A stretch of 44,202 nucleotides of DNA from a virus (taxonomy: Duplodnaviria > Caudoviricetes). Each line of letters starts with the position of its first letter. Position 1 is the first letter of the stretch. Below are positions 23,949-32,373 of this stretch, one piece after another. Below the pieces are notes generated by a model. It had not been told where the DNA came from, did not search any database, and saw nothing but the letters and a program-made list of their open reading frames with translations. The stretch lies in the IMG/VR virus record IMGVR_UViG_3300026196_000014, positions 1 to 44,202 of that record; one strand, given 5' to 3'. A program made the translations under genes and the position numbers.

Positions 23949-24254
23949 TCAGTCCTCTCCGTGCTCCTGCACGTACTTGAGGATGCTCTTGATGCTCCCG
24001 GTGTCGTAGACCACTCGTGCGGCCGGCTCACCGAGGATCTCGGTGCAGATGGAGCCGACAAGCTCGGTCACGTAGCCGTCGCCCATCTCCAGGGAGCCGT
24101 GCGTGAAGGGCGAATTGGTCGCTAGGAACACACGAGCATAGGGCTTGGTGGGATCCCCGTAGAACTTGAGAATCCGGTAGGTGAAGCCGCTCGTGTTGGT
24201 GAAGACGGCATACGGCCTCTTGACGTCCCTGGTCTTCCTGCCAGTGATGGCCAT
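23949..24254 (-). CDS. Phage early hypothetical protein, 101 aa
   Basis: Leader CAGGAGAGCAGACCA-ATG; ILK..PYARVF..SP..EMGDGY pattern. Confidence 0.75.
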   Translation of the reverse strand: MAITGRKTRDVKRPYAVFTNTSGFTYRILKFYGDPTKPYARVFLATNSPFTHGSLEMGDGYVTELVGSICTEILGEPAARVVYDTGSIKSILKYVQEHGED

Positions 24255-24274
24255 TGGTCTGCTCTCCTGGGTGG

Positions 24275-24318
24275 GTACAACTTCACGGGAGTGTACCACA
24301 CACTCCCGTGTGTTGCAC
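24275..24318 (-). promoter_or_regulatory. Long intergenic hairpin upstream of an RBS
   Basis: CACGGGAGTGT-N5-ACACTCCCGTG perfect 11-bp stem plus an outer 7-bp stem with one G-U on the minus strand. Confidence 0.55.
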
Positions 24319-24334
24319 GTGGTCGGAATTGCTC

Positions 24335-25111
24335 TCAGTAGTTCACCATCCCACGATCGCGCATGCCCTTGAGCCACTCGAAGGCGTGTCGAAGGTGCGC
24401 CTCGTACTCGGCGATCTCCTCTTCGGTGTACTCGTTGTCCTCACCCACGTCCTCGAAGATGTCCTCCCAGTCGGCCTCCGCGAAAGCCACGCAGCCGACG
24501 TAGATCGTGTCCGGTCCCGTGGTGGACAGCTCGTCCTGCGTGCCGTTGATGACCAACGGGGGCACACGCCAGGTACCCTGCATGAGGGTACCGTCGATGC
24601 GCATGTTCTGCTGGGTGGCCTCGACCGTCACATCGGGACCGGTGTAGGCCCGGCCGCCGAGGCGGACGATGGCCTTTCCGGTGCCACACTTGGGCACCGC
24701 GTCCCCGTCCAGATTCCACTTGGACACGAACTTGGTGCTGGTCACGGCGGCGTTGTCCTGCAGAGTCAGTTCGACGTCGGCAGGCGCCTTGTCGAGAACG
24801 AGCTTGGAGCGGTCCCGCGCCGTGATGCGCTCGGTGCAGTGAAGCTCCAAGTCGGTGGTCCCAACAGACGCCTTGTCGAGGAGGAACAGGTTGTCGAAGA
24901 TGCCACAACCGAGGTGGGCACTCCGGTCCAACCTGCCGCGACGGACGATGCCAGACGATGATGTCTCCGGCCCAGCCGGGAAGATGACATCCTTGTGCAG
25001 AATCAGCCGTTGGACGTCACGACTCCAACTGTGCTTGAACTCGCTGGCCACACGCCAGTCTTCACGCCGAGTGTCGGGGAACACCTCTAGGGCTTGGTCG
25101 ATGGTGTACAT
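24335..25111 (-). CDS. Hypothetical beta-rich protein, 258 aa
   Basis: AAGGAGAG RBS; C-terminal IYVGC....DW motif followed by an acidic helix. Confidence 0.75.
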   Translation of the reverse strand: MYTIDQALEVFPDTRREDWRVASEFKHSWSRDVQRLILHKDVIFPAGPETSSSGIVRRGRLDRSAHLGCGIFDNLFLLDKASVGTTDLELHCTERITARDRSKLVLDKAPADVELTLQDNAAVTSTKFVSKWNLDGDAVPKCGTGKAIVRLGGRAYTGPDVTVEATQQNMRIDGTLMQGTWRVPPLVINGTQDELSTTGPDTIYVGCVAFAEADWEDIFEDVGEDNEYTEEEIAEYEAHLRHAFEWLKGMRDRGMVNY

Positions 25112-25143
25112 GTCGGATACTCTCCTTGGTTTGGTCGAACGGA

Positions 25144-25791
25144 CTAGGCCACCTTGGCGGGGGTGGCCGGGACTGCGATCTCTGCCGGGAGGATCTCGGT
25201 CAGGCCGTACCAAACGGCATTGTACCGATCCCAGCGGAAACCACGCTCACTGAGGAGGCGGGTGACCTCCTTCGGGGGACGAGTCTGGAACTGCACGTCA
25301 CAGTGCCGTTCGCTCCGTGCCGACTGCATGATGGTCACCTGATGACCCCGCAGCAGACCGGTGTGGAGCACCTTGTGCGTCAGACCCTTGACGGGCTCCT
25401 TGCCGATGTAGCCGAGCATCATGTCGGCCACGTCTTCGCCCGTGAGCTTCTTCCCACGGGCAGTGAAGAGCGCCTTGCCGAAGCCGACGGTCATCAGCTT
25501 GCTTTTGACAAACTGACCACACGCCCACGTGGCACCCGCACTCTTGCAGGTCTCAAGCCAAGATGCGATGTCGACCGCCCGGGGGTGGTCCGACTCACGG
25601 ATCTGCTTGGCGTTGTCAGTGAAGGCCCAGATCTTCTGTCCGAGTTGACCCGACAGTTCCTTGCTCGTGCAGGCGACACCGAGCCATGCGTTGCCGATGA
25701 CTGGGATGTCGCGAGTGAGACCGGTAACCGTGAGACCGTACTCTTGAAGAGCCACGCCCACACTGTAGATTTGCTGGAAACGCTCGATCAT
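25144..25791 (-). CDS. First early gene, 215 aa; C-terminal GFRW..W domain seen in mobile-element leading-region proteins
   Basis: GGGAGG RBS; F..RPPKEV..LLSERGFRWD....WY. Confidence 0.75.
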   Translation of the reverse strand: MIERFQQIYSVGVALQEYGLTVTGLTRDIPVIGNAWLGVACTSKELSGQLGQKIWAFTDNAKQIRESDHPRAVDIASWLETCKSAGATWACGQFVKSKLMTVGFGKALFTARGKKLTGEDVADMMLGYIGKEPVKGLTHKVLHTGLLRGHQVTIMQSARSERHCDVQFQTRPPKEVTRLLSERGFRWDRYNAVWYGLTEILPAEIAVPATPAKVA

Positions 25792-25824
25792 TGGATGCGC
25801 CTCCCGTGGTCTGAGGATGGAACT

Positions 25825-26156
25825 AGGCGCGTCTACGGCCGGCGAGGCCGGTGTAGGACGTGCGCCTCTTGGGTGCCAGTTCCGGGTGGGTCATATCGAA
25901 CCACCGTCGCCTCGGTAGTAGGTACTCACCTCCGGTCCCGCCTACCCTCACAGTAGGCACTCTCGGCGTGGGCCTTGCTACCGTCCGGTGCCTTTCCTGG
26001 CTCCGGCCGCTCCACCCTATGCGAGCGGCGGACCGGGACTTTGCTTCCTGGGGTGGCCCGTGACCTTGTGGCCCGTGGCCCGTCCCCCAGGGAGCAATGG
26101 CAAGGTAACTCCGCCCCAGGGATCCGCTAGTGCGATTCTGTGATCTTTTCTCGCAC
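25825..26156. ncRNA. Candidate structured RNA or leader upstream of the early operon
   Basis: Stems near 25825-25867, 25940-25958, 26003-26036, 26041-26097 (13 bp) and 26130-26156; no convincing ORF. Confidence 0.35.
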
Positions 26157-26254
26157 AAAAGGTGAAAGGTCCGGGCCAGGGGATAGTCCAGCTGGGGACC
26201 ATTGTGGGAACAATCGTTGTGGCAACAAGTATATGGTGGGGTGGTGCAAGTTGT

Positions 26255-26436
26255 TGACAGTCAATGGGAGGACTAATGCACCTCCCAGGACTGTCCGCAC
26301 GAGGACTATCAACATGCGTACGGCCCACAGTATGACCGTCAAGGTCCGTACTATCCGTGGTCGGACCGTCCCGATGCGGACAACATCGTCCCGAGGTTGA
26401 CAGTACCGAACCGTATAGTCCGCAAAGGGACTTCCC
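26255..26436. repeat. Array of ~12 degenerate 9-bp palindromes (GGAC-N-GTCC) with 15-bp period
   Basis: Units start at 26255, 26270, 26288, 26303, 26318, 26333, 26348, 26363, 26378, 26398, 26413, 26428. Confidence 0.8.
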
Positions 26437-26500
26437 CCCCGGCACCCCCCTCGCGAGGTGGTGTAAAAGACCCTCACATACCGCGCAAAAAATTCAATTC

Positions 26501-26529
26501 TGGCCCAATTCTGCTCCCATGCCTATACT
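26501..26529 (+). promoter_or_regulatory. Possible sigma70-type promoter for the rightward operon
   Basis: TGGCCC-17 nt-TATACT upstream of groES; the -35 match is weak. Confidence 0.3.
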
Positions 26530-26576
26530 CCCCCCAGAGCAGCACCCCTTTCACCCCGATCGAAGGAGCAGACCCC

Positions 26577-26855
26577 ATGCGTCCTATCCGTGAGCGCCTC
26601 ATCGTGCGTCCCCTGCCCACTCACGACCCCAAATCCCCGATCATCATCCCCGAAATCGCCCAGGAGAAGCCGCAGCAGGGCACCGTCCTCTCCACCGGCC
26701 CCGGTGTGCGCCTCCCCTCCGGCAAATACGTCGAGCCCCAGGTGTCCGTCGGTCAGGTCGTTCTCTTCGGCAAGCACTCCGGCACACCTACCCGCATCGA
26801 CCACGAGGACGTGCTCATCCTCTCCGAACACGATGTCCTCGCCGTTGTCCTCTGA
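26577..26855 (+). CDS. groES: Co-chaperonin GroES (Cpn10), 92 aa
   Basis: MRPIRERLIV..IIIPEIAQEKPQQGTVLSTGPG..VSVGQVVLFGKHSGT..LILSEHDVLAVV; AAGGAG RBS. Confidence 0.95.
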   Translation: MRPIRERLIVRPLPTHDPKSPIIIPEIAQEKPQQGTVLSTGPGVRLPSGKYVEPQVSVGQVVLFGKHSGTPTRIDHEDVLILSEHDVLAVVL

Positions 26856-26864
26856 GGTGCCCCA

Positions 26865-27503
26865 ATGGCCAAGAAGAACCCATTCAAGCCGCTCTCTGCC
26901 ATCAATTCGCCCACCCTGACGTACCTCGACTCGTACATGGCGAAGGCGACCTACGCAGACTCGAAGACGCGGACCGCCTTCATCAAGGACTGGCTTGTAG
27001 GCGAGAGGAACCTGGCCAAGAAGCACGGGGTCAGCAAGACGACTGTGGCCAACTGGAAGAAGCTCCTGCGCACTGCAATGCAAGACCCAGACTGCCCGGC
27101 CAACGCGCCACAGGACGAGGCAATCACCACTGATCCCGAGGCCGCTGAGGAATTCCGCCAGACCATCAACGAGCGACTCGCGGCCGGCAATCACATCGGC
27201 CAAGAGGAATTCCGGCGCATGCTCGACGAGATGCTCCGGTCCGCCTTCGAGGACGAGAACCACCGCGCCTTCGGCCAGCACTCGAAGACCAAGCTCGAGG
27301 TGGAGCCCGGGCTCAAGTTGCCGGACTACAACATCAACATCAACCTCGAATTCCTGGGCACGGGCGGCCTCGACAACATCGACAAGCTAATGGTCAGCCG
27401 ACTCGCCAAACTTGGCGAGTTCCGCGACGAACTGAGCCCCGAGCTCCTCGAGCTCCTCCCAGCACCGCTGTCCCCGCCGGAAGAGGTGTCAGAAAGCGAA
27501 TGA
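26865..27503 (+). CDS. Probable terminase small subunit (HTH), 212 aa
   Basis: HTH ERNLAKKHGVSKTTVANWKK; coupled directly upstream of terL. Confidence 0.65.
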   Translation: MAKKNPFKPLSAINSPTLTYLDSYMAKATYADSKTRTAFIKDWLVGERNLAKKHGVSKTTVANWKKLLRTAMQDPDCPANAPQDEAITTDPEAAEEFRQTINERLAAGNHIGQEEFRRMLDEMLRSAFEDENHRAFGQHSKTKLEVEPGLKLPDYNININLEFLGTGGLDNIDKLMVSRLAKLGEFRDELSPELLELLPAPLSPPEEVSESE

Positions 27504-29293
27504 CATACTTTCAGACCACAGTCCAGCGGGACACTCTCGAGCCCGCGCAGCTGGCCAAGATAGAAGCCGTCCAGGCCATTGACCGCTTCCTGGGCCGGCG
27601 CGACTTCCAGTTCAACGTGCATGAGGTGCTGGGGCACAAGTTCCCGGCTGCGATGGACCCACGAGTCCAGATGCACCTCAAGACCCGAGGCTCCCTCCTG
27701 CGCCGCTGGATGGACACCAGGGGCACCCAGAAGACCCATATGAAGGTCATGGAGGTCCGGCCTCGAGAGACTGGGAAGACGCAGCTCGGTGGGATTCCGA
27801 TGGTCGAGTTCCTGAATCTGAACGACCCGGACATCTCCATCATGTACCAGACGGCCGTCGACAAGGGGATGGGTGACAAGTTCGGTGCTGCGATCCGAGA
27901 GATCTTCAATGGCGAGTACCCAGGTTCCAGGCTCTGCGAGCTCTACGGCAACTTCCGTGGCGATGTGGTCGGGCGCGACTGGAGCAAGTCGCGTATGGTC
28001 ACCAGCAAGCGCATGCAGACTGCGCGGACTGACCCCACCGTTGGAATCTACACTGTCCGTGGTGGCCCCACGTCTGGCCACTTCGACGTTTCCATTCTCG
28101 ACGACCTGACGACCGAAGAGGAACTCAAGAAGAACGCCTTCTGGAACGATCTCGTGTGGGACAACTACCTGCGCATGCACTTCGTCACCGAGAAGACCGG
28201 TCTCCTGTGGCTGATCATGACTCGCTACGGGGACGACGACCTCTGCGGCCGGATCATCCGCGAGGAGATCGAGCCAGTTGTCCGGCGTCTCGTGCTCGAT
28301 GGGGCACCCGAGGGCGAACTCCCGCAAGACTGGGACTACGAGAAGGGCTGGATCAAGTACGCCCACCTCGCTGGCTGGACCGTCTTCTACGATGAGGTCT
28401 ACGAGAACTTTGGTACCCCGGAGCAGCGTGCAGTCTACACGGACATCTGGCCCGAAGAGCGCATCGAGGCCGTCCGGGCAACCAAGAAGGGCGAGATCTA
28501 CTTCCAGACCCAGCTGATGAACCAGCCGGCCAAGCGAGTAGACAACCCGATCACACCGGAGATGATCCGCAACACGTGGTACGACTCACCGCAAGACATC
28601 CCGCCCAGGGCCTACCTGAACGTCGCAATCCACTGCGACTTCGCCTTCCGCAAGGGAGACACCTACGTTCGCGCCCGAGATGACTCCACTGTGGCCATTG
28701 CTGCCGGCAAGGATGGTGGGCACATTTGGGGCCTGGATGGGTACACTGGGTATCCGACCTTTGACGAGTTTGGCAGGGAGCTCATCGACATGATGCTTCG
28801 GCTCCATGATCGTGGATGCCGGATCAGGCTGATCACGTTCGACAAGCTACGCGGCTACGGTGCCGGCGACGAGTCCGCTGAGCGGTGGATCCGCCGTCTG
28901 ATCCGGGAGCATGAAGAGCTTCACATGCCCGTGATCCGGCCTCTCGAGCGCACCAAGAACAAGTGGGACAAGATCTACAACACCTGTTGGGCCTGGCAGG
29001 AGGGGATGATCCACCTCCCGAAGGACCAGTCCTGGGTGCATCCGCTTGTGTATCAGATGCAACGGTTGTACTATGCAGACCATGACGACGAGGCTGACGC
29101 CTTCTCAGACGCTTTCGACCCAAAGTGGTACAAGGCCCCGCCCGAAATCGAGCGCACGCGACGAGAGTACGGACGTAAGGACCATGGCCCGACCCCGAAC
29201 TGCTTCGGCGAGTGGGATGCGAATGGCAGATTCAGAGCGAAACAAGGCCCCGCATTTGTGCCCGCAGCAGGAAAGTTGAGGGGATTCAGATGA
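27500..29293 (+). CDS. terL: Terminase large subunit, 597 aa
   Basis: Walker A PRETGKT, Walker B SILDD, coupling motif MTRY, nuclease HCDFA and HDDEADA. Confidence 0.92.
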   Translation: MTYFQTTVQRDTLEPAQLAKIEAVQAIDRFLGRRDFQFNVHEVLGHKFPAAMDPRVQMHLKTRGSLLRRWMDTRGTQKTHMKVMEVRPRETGKTQLGGIPMVEFLNLNDPDISIMYQTAVDKGMGDKFGAAIREIFNGEYPGSRLCELYGNFRGDVVGRDWSKSRMVTSKRMQTARTDPTVGIYTVRGGPTSGHFDVSILDDLTTEEELKKNAFWNDLVWDNYLRMHFVTEKTGLLWLIMTRYGDDDLCGRIIREEIEPVVRRLVLDGAPEGELPQDWDYEKGWIKYAHLAGWTVFYDEVYENFGTPEQRAVYTDIWPEERIEAVRATKKGEIYFQTQLMNQPAKRVDNPITPEMIRNTWYDSPQDIPPRAYLNVAIHCDFAFRKGDTYVRARDDSTVAIAAGKDGGHIWGLDGYTGYPTFDEFGRELIDMMLRLHDRGCRIRLITFDKLRGYGAGDESAERWIRRLIREHEELHMPVIRPLERTKNKWDKIYNTCWAWQEGMIHLPKDQSWVHPLVYQMQRLYYADHDDEADAFSDAFDPKWYKAPPEIERTRREYGRKDHGPTPNCFGEWDANGRFRAKQGPAFVPAAGKLRGFR

Positions 29294-31164
29294 TGCTTAC
29301 GGAGGGTTCCTACACCGGCGGCAGTACGGCCTTCGATGAAGTCTACGAGAAGCAACTGGTAGCAGATCAGACTCGGAAGATCTTCGAGCCTGACTGGACC
29401 AACGTCATCGAAGTGTACATGAACTACAAGCGCCTGGGAATGCCGCCAGGCACCGAGTGGATGAGCGACGCGGTCTTGCCGGAGCTGTTCTACGGGTTCG
29501 AGTCTACCCTCCCCAATCTCGTCCGAAGCATCCTCGCGAGCAATCGGGCGTTCTCCGTCGAGGCCCCCTCGGTCGTGGGAGAGAGGGTCCAACACAGAGT
29601 CTTCCGAATGCTCGATGCGGACAAGCGCCGGATGCGCTTGGGACAGCGGTTCGTTCCGCATGCTCGTGTTGGCCGTTGCACTGGGAATATCATCCTCAAG
29701 ACGTACTGGCTCGAGGAGTACGGCGAGAAGCTGGTGCCGGTCTTCGAGAATGGAGTGTCCGATTACCAGGGAGAGCGAAAGTTCGTTGGGCACAACATCG
29801 AGCAGGAAGTTACATACCGTGGACCGTGGACGGATTTCTCGGACGTATTCCGCACGTGGCTGTCAAATGAGCGCGACCGACGGGGTCGGCCACTCTGGTC
29901 GATCGAGGAGTTCCCCCTGAGTGTGGAGTACATGGAGGAGCAGAACCGGCAGGCCAAGGATATGGGCGCTGGCCCGATCTACGCGCCTGACGTTCTCAAC
30001 GGATACAAGACGACCTACAGCTTCCGACCCTCCCGGTGGTCCAGTGGACTCTCCCAGAACTATCTGCAGCAGACGCCTTCCTACCGCCCCAGCACGGCGA
30101 GCCTCACGGCCGACGCTGACGATGGAATGCTCCACGCTGGCAACTTGTGGTGCAAACAGTACTGGGGTCGTATCACATCGAAGCAGTACACCGACACGGA
30201 CAAGCGCCTGGTGCTGTTCGGCCCCGATGGTCGCGAGCTTCGTGACATCGTGATGCCGACCCCGAATCTGCGTCCGCCCCACCGGTTGGTTGCCCCGTTG
30301 CAGGTTGGCCATGAGCCCTATGGCCGGAGCACGGCACGGTGGGCCCTTGACGAGATCAACCACATGAGTCAGCTGCGAGTAGTCCGGCTGGCCGAGGCTT
30401 GGATCAACGCGCTTGGTGGCTACATTGCGAACCGGCGTGTCACCTGGGACCAGGGGGACTTCACCAAAACTCCGGGCTTCGTCTGGTACTACGATCCGGG
30501 CGAAGAGGATGTGAAGCCGACCGACGTGATTCATCAGGTGGCCAAGAACCCGGTCATGCCTGAGATGTTCGCCGAGATCGAGGACATCGCCCAGCGTGTG
30601 CGGAAGGTGCTTGGCACTGACCTCAATACGCAGGGACAGGCCTACGGTGCCCGGACGAGCGCGTATGAGGCCGCTACGATCAACGAGAAGGTCGGAGGTC
30701 GGATCGACCTAGAGGCCGCTCTCACGACATGGTCCGTGCTTGAGGAGACGATGCTCGAGTGCTTCGAGCTGCATCGTGCCTATGACCACCAGGGCACGGA
30801 GCTCCCGGTCGAGAAGGGCGAGTTGTCGGCACCCACGGTGTTCTCGGAAGAGCTGGACTTCCCGATCGACATCTTCGTGGATGCGGGCGAGTTCGGGTCA
30901 TTCGACCGTGCTGCACTCGAGGGGATGAAGCAGATGCTCGGGCTCTTCGTTGGAGATCCCGAGTTCAACATGATCATCGACAAGCCGAAAATCGTCGAGG
31001 ATCTATTCCACCGTCTGGGCACGCCCCAGAGCTACGTAAGGGACCCCGAAGATGTTCAAAGGGATAAGGAACGCGCTGTCCAAATTCAGATGGCGATGGC
31101 GGCTCTCGGGCACTCTGCTTCGCAAGGAAGCAGAGGTCAGGGATCTGTACCCTCTGCCGCCTAG
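29290..31164 (+). CDS. Portal protein, 624 aa
   Basis: Follows terL with an ATGA overlap; size; GNIILKTYW, PYGRS, RTSAYEA portal-like motifs; Q/A/M-rich tail. Confidence 0.85.
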   Translation: MMLTEGSYTGGSTAFDEVYEKQLVADQTRKIFEPDWTNVIEVYMNYKRLGMPPGTEWMSDAVLPELFYGFESTLPNLVRSILASNRAFSVEAPSVVGERVQHRVFRMLDADKRRMRLGQRFVPHARVGRCTGNIILKTYWLEEYGEKLVPVFENGVSDYQGERKFVGHNIEQEVTYRGPWTDFSDVFRTWLSNERDRRGRPLWSIEEFPLSVEYMEEQNRQAKDMGAGPIYAPDVLNGYKTTYSFRPSRWSSGLSQNYLQQTPSYRPSTASLTADADDGMLHAGNLWCKQYWGRITSKQYTDTDKRLVLFGPDGRELRDIVMPTPNLRPPHRLVAPLQVGHEPYGRSTARWALDEINHMSQLRVVRLAEAWINALGGYIANRRVTWDQGDFTKTPGFVWYYDPGEEDVKPTDVIHQVAKNPVMPEMFAEIEDIAQRVRKVLGTDLNTQGQAYGARTSAYEAATINEKVGGRIDLEAALTTWSVLEETMLECFELHRAYDHQGTELPVEKGELSAPTVFSEELDFPIDIFVDAGEFGSFDRAALEGMKQMLGLFVGDPEFNMIIDKPKIVEDLFHRLGTPQSYVRDPEDVQRDKERAVQIQMAMAALGHSASQGSRGQGSVPSAA

Positions 31165-31537
31165 GCAGTATCCTGATCCGCTGGCAGAGTTTCTCCAAGG
31201 AGTGTTGCTTGGGAAGTCAGACCCTCGCGACTACGTAGAGCAGAATGGGGCGCATTTGCAGCGCCTCAAGATGAGTGCAGTAGAAGTTCGTGGTTCTTTG
31301 TTCTGGAAGGAACTCCAATCCCAGCTGGCCGCCTGTCGAGAGTTGACGCTCAAGAAGGTAGCCCGGGAGGAGATCTCAGTGGACAAAGCGCAGGCGGTCA
31401 TCTACTTTCTTGAGATGTTCACCAAGATGACGAACGGTGTAGAGTCACGGATCGAGCAGTTTGAAGCGGTCGCTCAATCGGAGCGGCAGCAGGAACAGTG
31501 GCTCAAGCAGTTCAAAAATATCAAGGAGATGTCATGA
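31052..31537 (+). CDS. Hypothetical helical protein between portal and scaffold, up to 161 aa
   Basis: Fills the gap, its stop overlaps the scaffold ATG; start uncertain (113-nt overlap with portal). Confidence 0.65.
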   Translation: MFKGIRNALSKFRWRWRLSGTLLRKEAEVRDLYPLPPRQYPDPLAEFLQGVLLGKSDPRDYVEQNGAHLQRLKMSAVEVRGSLFWKELQSQLAACRELTLKKVAREEISVDKAQAVIYFLEMFTKMTNGVESRIEQFEAVAQSERQQEQWLKQFKNIKEMS

Positions 31538-32370
31538 GTGACAAGTTCACCCCCGAGGTAGAAGCAGCGTTCGAGAGCACCGTTGCGGCGGCCCACGGTG
31601 AAGAGGGAGCAGGAGCAGCCGAGGCCCCTACGGACCCGTCTCAGGCCCAGCAGCCCCCTACCTACGAGGAGCTCCAGGCCCAGGTCAAGGGCATGAACGA
31701 GCGGCTCGGAGAGCGGGATCGGGAGATTGGCGAGCTGCGGAAGAAGGTCCCGGAAGAAGAGCGGGCCCCCTCGTTCGAGGAGCAGCAGAAGGCAGCCGAG
31801 GCCCGGTTCCAGCAGAGGATGGCCGCAGCCGACCCGAACTGGCAGCAGAACTCGGAGAACCCCGACTATGTTGCCGGAGCGCGAATTCAGTATAACTTGC
31901 AAGAGCAGACTCTTCACGCAGTAGGGCAGGTGCTGCAGGAAGTGATTGGAAGGATCGACGCCAAGGAGGAACAGGCCCAGCTCGCCGCGCAGGGGATTGG
32001 GCCCGAAGTGGAGCAGCGCATGAGCCAGGATCCCGAACTGGGAGAGCTCTGGAGGAATGCGAACGCGGCGCAGAAAGTGCGCCTTGCGCGGATGGCAGGA
32101 ACGGTCGGGCCAGGTGAGCCGGGTGGAGTACCCACCCCGCAGCCACGTCAGATGGTAATGCCGCACATCGAACGGCCCGTGGCTGGGGCACCGTCCCCAG
32201 GCATGACGCCGGCTCAGCAAGCCCTAGACGAAGGAGCCATCCGTTCTGCGGTCCACTCCAAGAACCCTGCTGATCTGCAAAGCATCAGAGTCCTACTCGA
32301 CACCATGCTTGATCAGGACAACCAGGGGAACCGGTACTACACGCAGAATACGGCGGCTCGTGGGAGGTAG
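31534..32370 (+). CDS. Capsid scaffolding protein, 278 aa
   Basis: AAGGAG RBS; acidic N-terminus, YEELQ..GE...EIGELRK coiled-coil motif; directly before the capsid gene. Confidence 0.8.
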   Translation: MSDKFTPEVEAAFESTVAAAHGEEGAGAAEAPTDPSQAQQPPTYEELQAQVKGMNERLGERDREIGELRKKVPEEERAPSFEEQQKAAEARFQQRMAAADPNWQQNSENPDYVAGARIQYNLQEQTLHAVGQVLQEVIGRIDAKEEQAQLAAQGIGPEVEQRMSQDPELGELWRNANAAQKVRLARMAGTVGPGEPGGVPTPQPRQMVMPHIERPVAGAPSPGMTPAQQALDEGAIRSAVHSKNPADLQSIRVLLDTMLDQDNQGNRYYTQNTAARGR

Positions 32371-32373
32371 ACA

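Noticed and set aside
25884-25906. GGTTCGA T-loop-like motif (minus strand) as a tRNA
   Set aside because: No cloverleaf, acceptor stem or anticodon arm could be built around it
26397-26419. TTGACA...TATAGT as a sigma70 promoter
   Set aside because: Spacer is only 11 nt; both hexamers are parts of array units
26255-26436. Periodic array as a mini-CRISPR
   Set aside because: Units are 9 bp and degenerate with 6-bp spacers; no cas operon; the Cas4-like gene sits in a recombination module
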